Position numbers and translations under genes: made by a program. Source: Nitrospirota bacterium (lineage in GTDB: Bacteria > Nitrospirota > UBA9217). From it: a stretch of 64,000 nt of DNA. Shown piece by piece: positions 9,338 to 18,904 of this stretch (the first letter of the stretch is position 1; each line of letters opens with the position of its first letter). The notes beneath the pieces are model-generated. The model was not told where the DNA came from, did not search any database, and saw nothing but the letters and a program-made list of their open reading frames with translations. Location of the stretch: assembly GCA_035516965.1 (NCBI GenBank), contig DATIZR010000064.1:6724-70723 (forward strand). The letters run 5' to 3'.

Positions 9338-10003
9338 ATGTCTTCAGAGAAGAATTTCGTCGAGGTCGCCTCGGTGCTCGTGAACCCGGAGATCTTCACC
9401 CGCCCCTACACCTGCGACGTGGAAGGATATGACTGCAAATCCCAGTGCTGCTACCGTGCCTGCATCGTGCCGGACCATGAGACGAAGAAGATCGAGGAGC
9501 ACTTCGAGGCCATTCTTTCTTATTTAAGCTCCGAGAACCGGGAGGTCCTGAAAAAGAACGGCACGATCCTCGCCGACTGCAAAAAGCAGTGCCCCAGCGG
9601 CTGCGAGATCCACGAGGACGAGGCCAAGGCCATCCGCAGGACCTTCGGCGGCAAGGACTTCCGCTGCGTCCTGATCCACAACAAGACCTGCTCCCTGCTC
9701 TATACGAACAAGGAGGGATTCCGCTACTGCGCGGTGCACACCTTTGCCATGGACAAGGGCCTCGTCTGGGAGGAGTTCAAGTTCGCGGACTGCGTCCAGT
9801 ACCCCCTCTCCTTCTACACTCTGGCGGACGGCAGGCAGGTGCTCTCGATCCAGGACACCCCCTACCTCGACCACATTCCCTGCATGCAGAAGCCCAAGGG
9901 CGAGCCCATGTACAAGAGCCTCAAGAAGACCATCGAGACGTTCCTGGGCAGGGACTTTTACAAGGCGCTCGACGCCCATGCCGGGAAGAAGCCCAGGAAA
10001 TAA
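9338..10003 (+). CDS. Cysteine/histidine-rich cytoplasmic protein of unknown function (222 aa, about 17 Cys; C-x6-C-x3-CC-x3-C cluster near the N-terminus)
   Basis: ATG at 9338 with GGAGGT 8 nt upstream. No TM segment. The Cys pattern CDVEGYDCKSQCCYRAC is loosely reminiscent of the CxxCxxCC (YkgJ) metal-chelating domains. Followed 73 nt later by a membrane protein on the same strand. Confidence 0.6.
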   Translation: MSSEKNFVEVASVLVNPEIFTRPYTCDVEGYDCKSQCCYRACIVPDHETKKIEEHFEAILSYLSSENREVLKKNGTILADCKKQCPSGCEIHEDEAKAIRRTFGGKDFRCVLIHNKTCSLLYTNKEGFRYCAVHTFAMDKGLVWEEFKFADCVQYPLSFYTLADGRQVLSIQDTPYLDHIPCMQKPKGEPMYKSLKKTIETFLGRDFYKALDAHAGKKPRK

Positions 10004-10076
10004 CCGGCCGGCGGGCTCCGGACAAAACTGCACTCAGGATGGATTTACAATGCTCCCCGTGATATAATCTGAACCC

Positions 10077-10847
10077 ATGGGAAACCTGTTCCTCAGCTTC
10101 ACCATAGCCATCGGCGGCGCCATCGGCCTGGTCACCCTGAGCAGGGTGTTCGACCTGGAAACGTACTCCAGCCGCGTCTTCCCGCTCATCCCCATTCTCT
10201 ACGCGATCATCTACGAGGTCCTCGAACGCAGGAAGACCGGCAAGTCGCAGACGATCCCCCCGTCCCAGGCAAGGGAGGAGATGAGGGCCGGCGCGAAGGC
10301 GCTCTTCAAGAATATCACCCCGGGCCGGATCATCACCGACGTCGCCGTCAGTTTTGCCATCAAGTTCTCTGCCGAGACCCTGCTCGTGGCGCTGTTCATT
10401 TCCACCACGGGCCAGAGCTTCGAGAGCCTCTACGGCAACTTCGGGGTCGACACGGTCGGCCGGCTCCTGCGCGGCGACCATCCCTGGCTCATGGGGACCG
10501 ACGGCCTCATCCTCCTCGGGTTGATCGCGCTGCTGACCAGCATCGGCACCGGGCTCTGGATCGGGAACACCACCCAGGGCCAGGCCATCCTTGAAGGCGT
10601 CGTCGCCGGGGCAGCGGTAACGTTCATCACGGCAATGACGAACATGCTCATGCTCTACCGCAGGATCGAAGAGGCCGCGAACCAGATGGCCGCCTCCTTC
10701 GGATACGGCATCCACGTCGGCTTCGCCGCGGTCCTCCTCGTGCAGGTCCTGCTCTACGGCCTCTGGAGCGGCGTGGCGCAGAAGTCAAAGGAAAAGAAGG
10801 CCCTCCGGGCCGAGGTTAGAAAGTCGGCAAAGAAGCAGAAGAAGTAA
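10077..10847 (+). CDS. Integral membrane protein of unknown function (multiple TM helices, Lys-rich C-terminal tail)
   Basis: 256-aa ORF with hydrophobic segments throughout and the C-terminus …KSKEKKALRAEVRKSAKKQKK. Probably co-transcribed with the 9338..10003 Cys-rich protein. Confidence 0.55.
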   Translation: MGNLFLSFTIAIGGAIGLVTLSRVFDLETYSSRVFPLIPILYAIIYEVLERRKTGKSQTIPPSQAREEMRAGAKALFKNITPGRIITDVAVSFAIKFSAETLLVALFISTTGQSFESLYGNFGVDTVGRLLRGDHPWLMGTDGLILLGLIALLTSIGTGLWIGNTTQGQAILEGVVAGAAVTFITAMTNMLMLYRRIEEAANQMAASFGYGIHVGFAAVLLVQVLLYGLWSGVAQKSKEKKALRAEVRKSAKKQKK

Positions 10848-11067
10848 AGAACCCGCCTCAGAGTAACTCAGAAAGCATCTCCTGCAGATTCCCCTTTTAC
10901 AATAACCTGGTCTCCTTCGTGCTCTTCGCGGCCTGGCAGTGACAGGCTGTGTGCTTTTCATGTTGGTTTGAGGATAGCGCCTTGTCGCTCAGGAAGAAGG
11001 GCAGGATCTTTTTTGGGGAGTATGCGGCACTGTTTCGGAGGAAGGTCGTCAGAGAACCGGTTCTCGG

Positions 11068-11532
11068 TCACAGCCTTCGGGCGCCGAGAAAATGGTCCTT
11101 CCAGTAGGGATCGTCGAGGCTGTCGACACGCACGGTCTTGCCGCTGCTCGGCGCGTGTACGAATTCGTTCTGGCCGGTTGAGATGCCCACATGGGAATAC
11201 TTCTTGCCGTACTGGGTGAAGAACAGCAGATCGCCTTTGCGGATGTCGCGGAAGGATATGGGGGAGGACCTCTGTTTGAGGGCGGCGGTGCCGTGGGGAA
11301 GGTCAAGCCCGGCCGTCAGGTAGCTGTACCGGACGAGTCCGCTGCAGTCGAACCCCTGGGGGCTGTCCCCCTTGAACTTGTAGGGCCTGCCGACGAGGGC
11401 CAGCGCCGTTTTCGCGGCCTTGTCCGCGACCGGGAAGGAATAGCCGCTGACGTGCCCCGGCGGCGGAGCCGAGGCGCAGGCGGAGAATATCACGGCAAGA
11501 AGCACTAGCGAGCACGCCATCGGTAACCGCAT
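11068..11532 (-). CDS. NlpC/P60 (C40) family peptidoglycan endopeptidase lipoprotein
   Basis: Catalytic Cys motif GFDCSGLVRYSY plus a downstream His (YSHVGIS). N-terminal signal MRLPMACSLVLLAVIFSACAS with a lipobox-like FSAC. Start chosen at 11532. Confidence 0.8.
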   Translation of the reverse strand: MRLPMACSLVLLAVIFSACASAPPPGHVSGYSFPVADKAAKTALALVGRPYKFKGDSPQGFDCSGLVRYSYLTAGLDLPHGTAALKQRSSPISFRDIRKGDLLFFTQYGKKYSHVGISTGQNEFVHAPSSGKTVRVDSLDDPYWKDHFLGARRL

Positions 11533-11702
11533 CCAACCCCCTCCCAGCGGCTCCAGTGTAGTAGATTTCTGCTCCCCTGTCAATGAGGACAGGTTGTCAT
11601 TCGGCATGAGGATGACCGGCAGAGCGCTTTTATCCGGATCCCTGTGCGTGCTCCGCTTACAATCCCCTTGACCCCCCTCACGGTCCCTGTTATATTCAGC
11701 CC

Positions 11703-13637
11703 ATGAAACATAAAATCACCTTTCTCCCGGACAACGTCACCGTTGACGTCGACGACAGTACAAACCTGTTCAAGGCCGTGAAAGCGGCGGGCCTGTACGT
11801 GCTCTCGTCCTGCGGCGGCAAGGGCAACTGCGGCAAGTGCAAGGTCATCATCAAGGAAGGGAAGATCGAGAGCGAAAAGTCCCGGTCGTTCCTGACCGCC
11901 GAAGAGGCCAGCCGCGGGTACGCTCTCGCCTGCGTCTCCCAGGTGAAGAGCGGACTCACCGTGGAAATCCCTCCCGAATCGCGCATGCAGGCGAAGCACA
12001 AGATCGCGACAGGCGCGAACACGGAGGAACTGCTCAGGCTCATGAAGCAGGCGGGCGGCTGCCTCGAGTCCCGCATCAACCGCATTTATCTCGAGATCAG
12101 TCAGCCGACGATCGATGACAACATCGCCGATCTCGAACGCGTTCGCCGCGCACTCGACGGCGCCGGTTTCAACGCCGGGCACCTTCACCTGAACTACATG
12201 GTCTTGAGCAAACTGCCCCATGTGCTGCGCGAGGGGAAGTGGAAGGTGACGGCCTCGGTATTCAGTATGGGAGAGGTCCTCGAGGTGCTCGACATCTATG
12301 CGGGCGATGCTACGAAAAGCCGCTACGGAGCTGCCGTGGACATCGGAACGACGACCATCGTCGTGTACCTCGTGGACATGTCGAACGGCCACGTCGTCGG
12401 CACCGCCTCGACCTACAACAGCCAGACAAAGTGCGGCGACGACGTGATCACGAGGATCGTTTATGCGACCGAACGCAACGGGCTGAAGGAGCTCCAGGCG
12501 CTGGCAGTGGACAACATCGGCGCGATGCTCTCCGAGCTGGCGGAAAAACACAACGTCTCCCCGGGCATGATCGACTATATCGTCGTTGCCGGCAACACGA
12601 CCATGGAGCACCTTTTCTATGGCATCGATCCCGCGAACATCCGCGAGGAGCCCTACATACCGGCGGCGACCTTCTTCCCGCTCATCCGCGGCAAGAGCGT
12701 GGGTCTCCAGATCCACCCGCAGGCGATCATTTATTCCATGCCGAACGTGGCAAGCTACGTGGGCGGCGACATCACCGCCGGCGTGCTCGTGTCCCAGATC
12801 CACAGACAGGACCCGGTATCGCTGTTCATCGATATCGGTACGAACGGCGAGATCGTGCTCGGCAACAAGGAATGGCTCGTGACGGCGGCGTGCTCGGCCG
12901 GACCGGCCTTCGAAGGGAGCGGCATCAAGTTCGGCATGCGGGCCATGGAAGGCGCGATCGAGGAGGTCGAGATCGATCCCCTGACCTTTGAGGTGAACTA
13001 CCGGGTCATCGGCGACACGAAGCCGATCGGCATCTGCGGGTCCGGAATGATCGACGCCCTTGCCGAGATGTACCTCAACGGGGTCATCGACCAGAAAGGC
13101 AAGATCAGGGAGGAGATCAAGTCCAAGCGCATCCGGCGGGGCGAGAGCGGGCTTGAGTTCGTTCTCTCGTGGCGGGTCGAGAGCGCCGTCAACAAGGAGA
13201 TCGTGATCACCGAAGTTGACCTGGACAATCTCATCCGGGCCAAGGCCGCCATCTACGCCGGGTTCGCCACGCTGCTGTCGCACATGGGAATGACCTTCAA
13301 CGACATCCAGAAGCTCTACATCGCCGGCGGATTCGGACGCTACATTGACGTGGAGCGCGCGATCACCATCGGCATGCTGCCCGACATGCCCGTGAACAAG
13401 TTTCAGTTCCTCGGAAACACCTCGATCATGGGGGCCTACTACGCGCTCCTCTGCGACCGGCTCCGGCATGAGGCCGAGGAGATCGCGAAGAAGATGACCT
13501 ACATCGAGCTGTCCGTGTCGCGCAGCTTCATGGACGAGTACATGTCCGCCCTCTTCCTGCCCCATACGAACCTTGACGCATTCCCCACCGTGAAGAAGGA
13601 GATGAAGCGCGGAAGGAACTGGTACAAGCCTGAGTAA
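11703..13637 (+). CDS. RACo-like protein: N-terminal plant-type 2Fe-2S ferredoxin domain fused to an ASKHA-fold ATPase domain (DUF4445; corrinoid activation/regeneration protein family)
   Basis: N-terminus MKHKITFLPDNVTVDVDD…SSCGGKGNCGKCKV is the RACo-type [2Fe-2S] motif. 644 aa matches the RACo size. Gly-rich ASKHA segments (DIGTTTIVVYLVD…, IAGGFGRY) are present. Confidence 0.75.
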   Translation: MKHKITFLPDNVTVDVDDSTNLFKAVKAAGLYVLSSCGGKGNCGKCKVIIKEGKIESEKSRSFLTAEEASRGYALACVSQVKSGLTVEIPPESRMQAKHKIATGANTEELLRLMKQAGGCLESRINRIYLEISQPTIDDNIADLERVRRALDGAGFNAGHLHLNYMVLSKLPHVLREGKWKVTASVFSMGEVLEVLDIYAGDATKSRYGAAVDIGTTTIVVYLVDMSNGHVVGTASTYNSQTKCGDDVITRIVYATERNGLKELQALAVDNIGAMLSELAEKHNVSPGMIDYIVVAGNTTMEHLFYGIDPANIREEPYIPAATFFPLIRGKSVGLQIHPQAIIYSMPNVASYVGGDITAGVLVSQIHRQDPVSLFIDIGTNGEIVLGNKEWLVTAACSAGPAFEGSGIKFGMRAMEGAIEEVEIDPLTFEVNYRVIGDTKPIGICGSGMIDALAEMYLNGVIDQKGKIREEIKSKRIRRGESGLEFVLSWRVESAVNKEIVITEVDLDNLIRAKAAIYAGFATLLSHMGMTFNDIQKLYIAGGFGRYIDVERAITIGMLPDMPVNKFQFLGNTSIMGAYYALLCDRLRHEAEEIAKKMTYIELSVSRSFMDEYMSALFLPHTNLDAFPTVKKEMKRGRNWYKPE

Positions 13638-13900
13638 AGCGTTCCCGAACGTGCATCCAACGAAAGAGGCTGCCACCATTCGCCGCGCACGGACCTAGAC
13701 GCGTTCCCTCCGGTGAAGAAAGCGCTCGCGGGGAGAAAAAAGCATGGCTCCATTGTCCATCTTGACGGAGGCGGGATGAGACCCGTCCCGGTCCCGCATC
13801 CCCCTTCAGCGCCATCACATTTATATTTCCCATTCAACCTTCTTAATCCGGCCGTGTCTCATAATATGAGACAGCAAAACCGGAAAGGAGGTGAATCCCT

Positions 13901-14110
13901 ATGAAAAGGATAGTCGCTCTGTTCACGGCAGTGGCGTTCGCCCTGACCCTCGGCGTTGCGTTCGCTGAGGATAAGGCGCCGGCCGCGGCGGATAAGGCGC
14001 CGGCAACATCGGAAAAGGCCCCCGCTAAGGCGAAGAAAGCCAAGAAGACGAAGCACGTCAAGAAGCACAAACAGGAAGCAGCAGCGCCGGCAGCTCCCAC
14101 CACGAAGTAG
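13901..14110 (+). CDS. Small secreted Lys/Ala/Pro-rich protein (69 aa, signal peptide plus KAPAAADKAPA repeats)
   Basis: Strong RBS ggaaaggagg 7 nt upstream of the ATG at 13901. Signal peptide MKRIVALFTAVAFALTLGVAFA. Low-complexity basic tail. A rho-independent terminator follows. Confidence 0.55.
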   Translation: MKRIVALFTAVAFALTLGVAFAEDKAPAAADKAPATSEKAPAKAKKAKKTKHVKKHKQEAAAPAAPTTK

Positions 14111-14186
14111 CAGCATGAGCAGCACATGACTGCATACCGCCATTTCATTATACCGGGCGGCAAAAGCCATACATGAGGAACACCAG

Positions 14187-14222
14187 AAGGCCTGTCAGAT
14201 CTGACAGGCCTTTTGCTTTTTG
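14187..14222 (+). terminator. Rho-independent terminator (aaggcctgtcag-at-ctgacaggcctt followed by a T-rich run)
   Basis: Perfect 12-bp stem and 2-nt loop read directly from the sequence, followed by ttgcttttt. Confidence 0.6.
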
Positions 14223-14494
14223 CACGGGTGCAACCCGCACCACGGGCCGGAAGAGCGCGGCCTCGAGGCCGGCTACCGGATTCGCATCGTGACCTCAAAA
14301 CCCGGGACAGTCGAATGCCGCTGCGCACCACGCTGCGACAGCGGCCGGTAACGCTGCGGATCGCATGACTTGCAAGTTCATGTGCAGGACGGGGTTGAGG
14401 CGATAGCATGGACGAGAATCAGACCGGGTCTTGCTGTTCTGCGTACTTTTGCATCTTTTGCGAGACCGGGTGCGGCATTCGATGCCGATAGTTC

Positions 14495-14803
14495 TTACCC
14501 GCAGCATCCTCCGGCACTGCCGCCGCTGCAGTCGCAGGTCGGCGGTCCGCCGTTGATAAGGCTGTTGATGATGGCCGAGGCGCAGCCGACGCCGGAGCTG
14601 ACCGTGATCGCGCCGAATTCGCAGTTCAGGGCGCAGGCCCCGCACTCCATGCAGAGGTCCCGGTCCAGGACCGCGGCCCGTTTGTCCCGCATGGCGAAGA
14701 CGCCGCGCGGGCAGACCTCGACGCACCTGCCGCAGCCGGCGCATTTGTCAGCGATATAATTGAGCGTTGTCACGTTCGCGAGGTATTTCACAGTACCCTC
14801 CAT
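14495..14803 (-). CDS. hgcB: Mercury methylation ferredoxin HgcB (2x[4Fe-4S] ferredoxin with a C-terminal Cys-rich tail)
   Basis: 102 aa with two CX2CX2CX3CP motifs (CAGCGRCVEVCP, CMECGACALNC) and the tail …PPTCDCSGGSAGGCCG ending in vicinal Cys. The ATG at 14803 overlaps the hgcA 3' end by 16 nt. Confidence 0.9.
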   Translation of the reverse strand: MEGTVKYLANVTTLNYIADKCAGCGRCVEVCPRGVFAMRDKRAAVLDRDLCMECGACALNCEFGAITVSSGVGCASAIINSLINGGPPTCDCSGGSAGGCCG

Positions 14804-15867
14804 TCCTGAAGCTTGTACAGCACCAAGAGGACGGCCGAAACGACTGCCGTGCCGAGATACACCGGGATGCCGATCTTCAGCTCCCGGTTCACGCCCGACA
14901 TGCCCGTGTAGGTCGTGGAGCCCGTGAACTGGAGCGCGATATAGGAGCTGAACGCGGGAAAAAGCAGGTAGGCGGCAGCGATTAGAAGCATGCTGCCGCG
15001 ATCGACGATGCCGAAGACCTGCATCGCGAGCAGGGCCATGGCCAGTCCCATGATCCACCCTTTGATCGCGAAGGACCGGAACGGAACGAAAGGAAGTAAG
15101 ACCGGCGTCACGAAGGCGCCTGCAAAGACCGCGATCAGGCCCATCACCAGGAACGGCAGGCCGCCAAACCACGCCTGCCTGAACAGAAGGCCCGTGGGCT
15201 CGAGCCCGAACAAGAGCAGCACGCCGGCCGCGAACCAGGGATACCTCTTCATCGCCGGATTGATCTCCATCGGTGTCAGGATGAGCCGGTCACTCATCGC
15301 GAACGTTATCGTTCCCATCTCCCTCGTCTTCTTATACCCGCCCCTGACATAGGCGGGAATGTCCCGGGCCTGCACCGGGCCGAAGGATACGCGAAAGCCC
15401 GTTCTTTGCTGGACCGCTGCCGCGCTCACACCGACCGCTCCGAGCTGGGGAAGGATGATACGACGGTGGTTCACGACGGAGTCGAGCTTCACTTCCGAGA
15501 TCTGTTTCACCAGCTCGTCCGTCCCGAAGGTCCCCTTGCCTGCCGCACACCACACATTGATGCTCTTCGTGTCGAGCACCAACACCCAGGCGTCCATGCC
15601 CCTGAGCGATTGCCTCAGGATATCGAAGGTCAGTTTGTAATTGGCGGTGACGAAGACGTCGGAACCCTTCGTCGGCCCTCCGATTGCGTACAAACCCGGA
15701 TGGACCGGATAGTTCATCCGGAACGCGCTCACCCGGCTCTTGATCATGCCCCAGTAGTCCGCGCGTACCCAGTCGGAAGAGACACGACTTACCATGCCAA
15801 CGGATGAATTGACGGTGCCCTTAACATAACCGGGCATTTCCTTCTTCACGAACTTCAATGTCTGCAT
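14788..15867 (-). CDS. hgcA: Mercury methylation corrinoid protein HgcA (CFeSP-like corrinoid-binding domain plus a C-terminal multi-TM domain)
   Basis: Contains the diagnostic cap-helix motif SINVWCAAGKGTFGTDELV, i.e. N(V/I)WCA(A/G)GK, with the strictly conserved Cys. The C-terminal approximately 150 aa form 4-5 hydrophobic helices. ATG at 15867 with AGAGGTGA upstream. Confidence 0.9.
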   Translation of the reverse strand: MQTLKFVKKEMPGYVKGTVNSSVGMVSRVSSDWVRADYWGMIKSRVSAFRMNYPVHPGLYAIGGPTKGSDVFVTANYKLTFDILRQSLRGMDAWVLVLDTKSINVWCAAGKGTFGTDELVKQISEVKLDSVVNHRRIILPQLGAVGVSAAAVQQRTGFRVSFGPVQARDIPAYVRGGYKKTREMGTITFAMSDRLILTPMEINPAMKRYPWFAAGVLLLFGLEPTGLLFRQAWFGGLPFLVMGLIAVFAGAFVTPVLLPFVPFRSFAIKGWIMGLAMALLAMQVFGIVDRGSMLLIAAAYLLFPAFSSYIALQFTGSTTYTGMSGVNRELKIGIPVYLGTAVVSAVLLVLYKLQEWRVL

Positions 15868-15902
15868 CGCTCACCTCTTTTTGTCGGAAAGTGATGTCTT
15901 TT

Positions 15903-16982
15903 TCATACGGGCTTTGATTCCCTGATCCTGCAATGCTCTACGATAAAATATTTTTTCTGGAAATACAGAGCAACGTTCACCAGGCCTATCAGGACAGGGA
16001 CCTCGACAAGCGGGCCGATGACCGCGGCAAATGCTGACCCCGAGTTAAGTCCAAAGACGGCGACGGCAACGGCAATGGCGAGCTCAAAGTTGTTGCTGGC
16101 AGCGGTAAATGACAGGGTGGCCGTCTTTTGATAGTCCGCCCCGATCTTCTTCCCCAGGTAGAACGACACCAGGAACATTGCCACAAAATAGATCAGGAGC
16201 GGAACCGCTATTCTTACAACATCGAGGGGAAGCCTGATGATGTAGTTGCCTTTCAGCGAGAACATTACGATGATCGTAAAAAGGAGAAATATCAGCGTCA
16301 GTGGGCTTATTTTGGGAATGAATGCCTGTTCGTACCATTGACGACCCTTGGCCCTCACCATGCTGAACCTTGTTGCCGATCCCGCGAGGAACGGAATGCC
16401 GAGGTAGATAAATACGCTCTCGGCGATCTGGCCGATTGAAACAGGTACGACCGCACCTTTCAGCCCGAGCCATGCAGGAAGGATCGTGATGAAGACATAC
16501 GCATATACGGAAAAGAACAGAACCTGGAATACCGAATTGAAAGCCACGAGGCCGGCGGCGTATTCCGTATCTCCGCATGCAAGGTCATTCCAGACGATGA
16601 CCATTGCGATGCAACGGGCCAGGCCGATCATGATAAGTCCAACCATGTATTCCGGATAATCGTGCAGAAAAATAACGGCCAGCAAAAACATCAGGATCGG
16701 ACCGATCACCCAGTTCTGCACGAGCGAAAGGGCAAGCACTTTCTTGTTCCTGAATACCTCCCCGAGCTCCTCATACTTTACTTTCGCCAGGGGCGGGTAC
16801 ATCATTAAAATGAGGCCGACTGCAATGGGAATATTGGTCGTCCCAATCTGAAAACGGTTGATAAGTTTTTCCATTGCGGGGATGAAATAGCCGAGACCGA
16901 CTCCCAGCGCCATTGCACTGAATATCCAGAGGGTCAGATACCTGTCCAGGAAAGAAAGTCTTTTAGCCGCTGTGTCGTTCAT
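15903..16982 (-). CDS. acr3: Arsenite efflux transporter, ACR3 family
   Basis: N-terminus [25 protein letters not shown] and 10 TM segments are typical of Acr3/ArsB-type (BART superfamily) permeases. 359 aa. Confidence 0.85.
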   Translation of the reverse strand: MNDTAAKRLSFLDRYLTLWIFSAMALGVGLGYFIPAMEKLINRFQIGTTNIPIAVGLILMMYPPLAKVKYEELGEVFRNKKVLALSLVQNWVIGPILMFLLAVIFLHDYPEYMVGLIMIGLARCIAMVIVWNDLACGDTEYAAGLVAFNSVFQVLFFSVYAYVFITILPAWLGLKGAVVPVSIGQIAESVFIYLGIPFLAGSATRFSMVRAKGRQWYEQAFIPKISPLTLIFLLFTIIVMFSLKGNYIIRLPLDVVRIAVPLLIYFVAMFLVSFYLGKKIGADYQKTATLSFTAASNNFELAIAVAVAVFGLNSGSAFAAVIGPLVEVPVLIGLVNVALYFQKKYFIVEHCRIRESKPV

Positions 16983-17010
16983 CGATTCCCTCTGGTCCTT
17001 AGACTATGAA

Positions 17011-17694
17011 TTATTCATTCTCAGCCGCGCCCGCCCGGCAAGACCCGCCGCACACGCAGGCAAGGCTTTTTGCCTTCGCTTTCTTGAAAGCCTCTTTTCC
17101 CTCCCGGTAGCAGAGGCCCGCAATCACGAATGCGCCGATGGAGTCGATCCCGCTTATATGGGTGAGTTCGTATCCAACGCTTGCTATGAGCAGAACGATT
17201 GAGAGCTGCAAGCAGGCGCGGGTGCAGGCGGCATCGGATAAAATAGCCTCGGAATTGAGCTGTCTCCCTGCTTTTACTTTATAGCGGACCAGGAGCCACA
17301 TCGTGGCAATGGAAATGACGGACACAACAATGCCCCAGAACGCAGTATCCGGTTTATGCCCCCGGTACAGGTCGACAGCAGCAGTGATCGACAGCCCGAT
17401 CGTCAGAACAAAGAATCCGGCTCCCGTTATCCTGAGCGCCGTCTGCTCGAACGTGTCGGGATCCTCTTTGTCGTTATTCCTGATCCTTCGCACCATGTGC
17501 CAGATTCCGATGCCCGAAATAACTTCAACGAAGGAATCCGCTCCAAATCCGAAGAGCGCCAAACTGCCGTCTTCGAGACCGAAAAAAACGGAGACCACGC
17601 CTTCAACAATATTGTATGCGATGGTGATGAGCGCCAGTGCGGAGGCAAAGGAATAGAGTCTGCTTTTTTGCTGAGTGAACCCCGGGGTTATCAT
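17011..17694 (-). CDS. Short cation-diffusion-facilitator (CDF)-like membrane transporter (TM domain only, Cys-rich C-terminus)
   Basis: LALITIAYNIVEGVVSVFFGLEDGSLALFGFGADSFVEV matches the CDF TM1-2 signature. 227 aa, no cytoplasmic CTD. C-terminus …ACVCGGSC. RBS GGAGGAG upstream of the ATG at 17694. Confidence 0.6.
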   Translation of the reverse strand: MITPGFTQQKSRLYSFASALALITIAYNIVEGVVSVFFGLEDGSLALFGFGADSFVEVISGIGIWHMVRRIRNNDKEDPDTFEQTALRITGAGFFVLTIGLSITAAVDLYRGHKPDTAFWGIVVSVISIATMWLLVRYKVKAGRQLNSEAILSDAACTRACLQLSIVLLIASVGYELTHISGIDSIGAFVIAGLCYREGKEAFKKAKAKSLACVCGGSCRAGAAENE

Positions 17695-17795
17695 ATGCTG
17701 CTCCTCCTCGGAGGCGGCAAGTTGAGCTTAAGGGACACCGAATGAACCATTCTGCCCCGCCGGCAATCGGCCTCATCATCCTTCATTCCCCATCG

Positions 17796-18512
17796 TTACT
17801 TGCCTTGTCTCAGTTTCTCCGCGAAATAAATTGGCAGACCGCCCGCTGTGATAGCTGCTGCCGTTTTTTCGACATCGTACGGGACCCGGATGAAGTCCGT
17901 GGCCACCGAGTCCGGCGTGATCTCTAACACGGCAACACACGCGCGCGGGTCTCCGTCCTTCGGCTTGCCGACACTCCCGGCATTGATGAACATTTTCCCG
18001 TCGATGTCCTTGCGATAAGGCTTATGAGTATGGCCATAGATCAGGACGTCTGCGTCGGTTTTGTCGGACATCTCTTTGAAGAACTTTTCCGGCCGGTCCT
18101 CATACCAGTAGAGATTGTTCTTGCGCGGCGACGCATGAAAGAGGGAGACTTTTTTCCCGTCTGCAGTGAAGCTGATTTCCGTCGGAAGATGCTTCAAGAA
18201 CTCCTTCGTCCTCCCGGTTGCGTGCTTCTTTGTCCACTCAAACGAGAGCGTGGCCATCTGCTCCTGAACAGGGTCTTCATATTTGCATCCGCAGTGTTCA
18301 CGGTCATTCGCCACGGCCTCATCATAGTTACCCTGAACCCCGGCAATTCCATGATCGATCAGGAAGTCCGCAACCTCGTTTACAAAGGGGGCATATCCCC
18401 CAAGGTCCCCGAGGTGAAATATTTGATCCACGTTGATGCGGAGTACCTCTTCGTATGCGGCATTGAGGGCTTCACTGTTTCCGTGGATGTCTCCGAATAT
18501 AGCCAGCTTCAT
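17796..18512 (-). CDS. Calcineurin-like metallophosphoesterase (YfcE/MJ0936-like)
   Basis: Motifs MKLAIFGDIHGN… and DQIFHLGDLGGY (GDxHG / GDxxDRG-like metal-binding motifs). Its stop overlaps the arsR 3' end. Confidence 0.75.
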   Translation of the reverse strand: MKLAIFGDIHGNSEALNAAYEEVLRINVDQIFHLGDLGGYAPFVNEVADFLIDHGIAGVQGNYDEAVANDREHCGCKYEDPVQEQMATLSFEWTKKHATGRTKEFLKHLPTEISFTADGKKVSLFHASPRKNNLYWYEDRPEKFFKEMSDKTDADVLIYGHTHKPYRKDIDGKMFINAGSVGKPKDGDPRACVAVLEITPDSVATDFIRVPYDVEKTAAAITAGGLPIYFAEKLRQGK

Positions 18513-18515
18513 GCG

Positions 18516-18893
18516 TCATCTCCCGCAACAGGCTGCCTTCCCGCGCAGACTGGTGATGACCGCCTTTGCGGTTTTCTCCTTTTTAAACAGGGCTAGTCTT
18601 TTCTTATCTTCCTTCATTGCATCCTCTGAAATTCTCTCGATCACGCTCAGCATGAGGAGCCGCTTGAGCATATCCGAATCATTGAGGCGATAATGTATCC
18701 ACTTCCCCTGCTTCCTGTCTTGAATGAACCCCGCTTCTTTCAGCACACCAAGGTGAAAGGAAACCTTGGACTGTGCCATGGCAAGCGCGGCAACAATATC
18801 GCACACGCAAAGCTCGCCTTGCTCCAGCAGTTTTACGATCCGTAGCCGCGTCTCGTCAGATAGGGCCTTGAATAAAGAGACCAGGTCCTGCAT
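18516..18893 (-). CDS. arsR: ArsR/SmtB family metalloregulator with the As(III)-type ELCVCD metal site
   Basis: Helix-turn-helix region LFKALSDETRLRIVKLL…ELCVCDIVAAL…SKVSFHLGVLKEAGF. The Cys-x-Cys in helix 3 is typical of arsenite-responsive ArsR. Start at 18893 (MQDLV…) with GGAGGG 6 nt upstream. Confidence 0.85.
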   Translation of the reverse strand: MQDLVSLFKALSDETRLRIVKLLEQGELCVCDIVAALAMAQSKVSFHLGVLKEAGFIQDRKQGKWIHYRLNDSDMLKRLLMLSVIERISEDAMKEDKKRLALFKKEKTAKAVITSLRGKAACCGR

Positions 18894-18904
18894 GCGCCCT
18901 CCAC

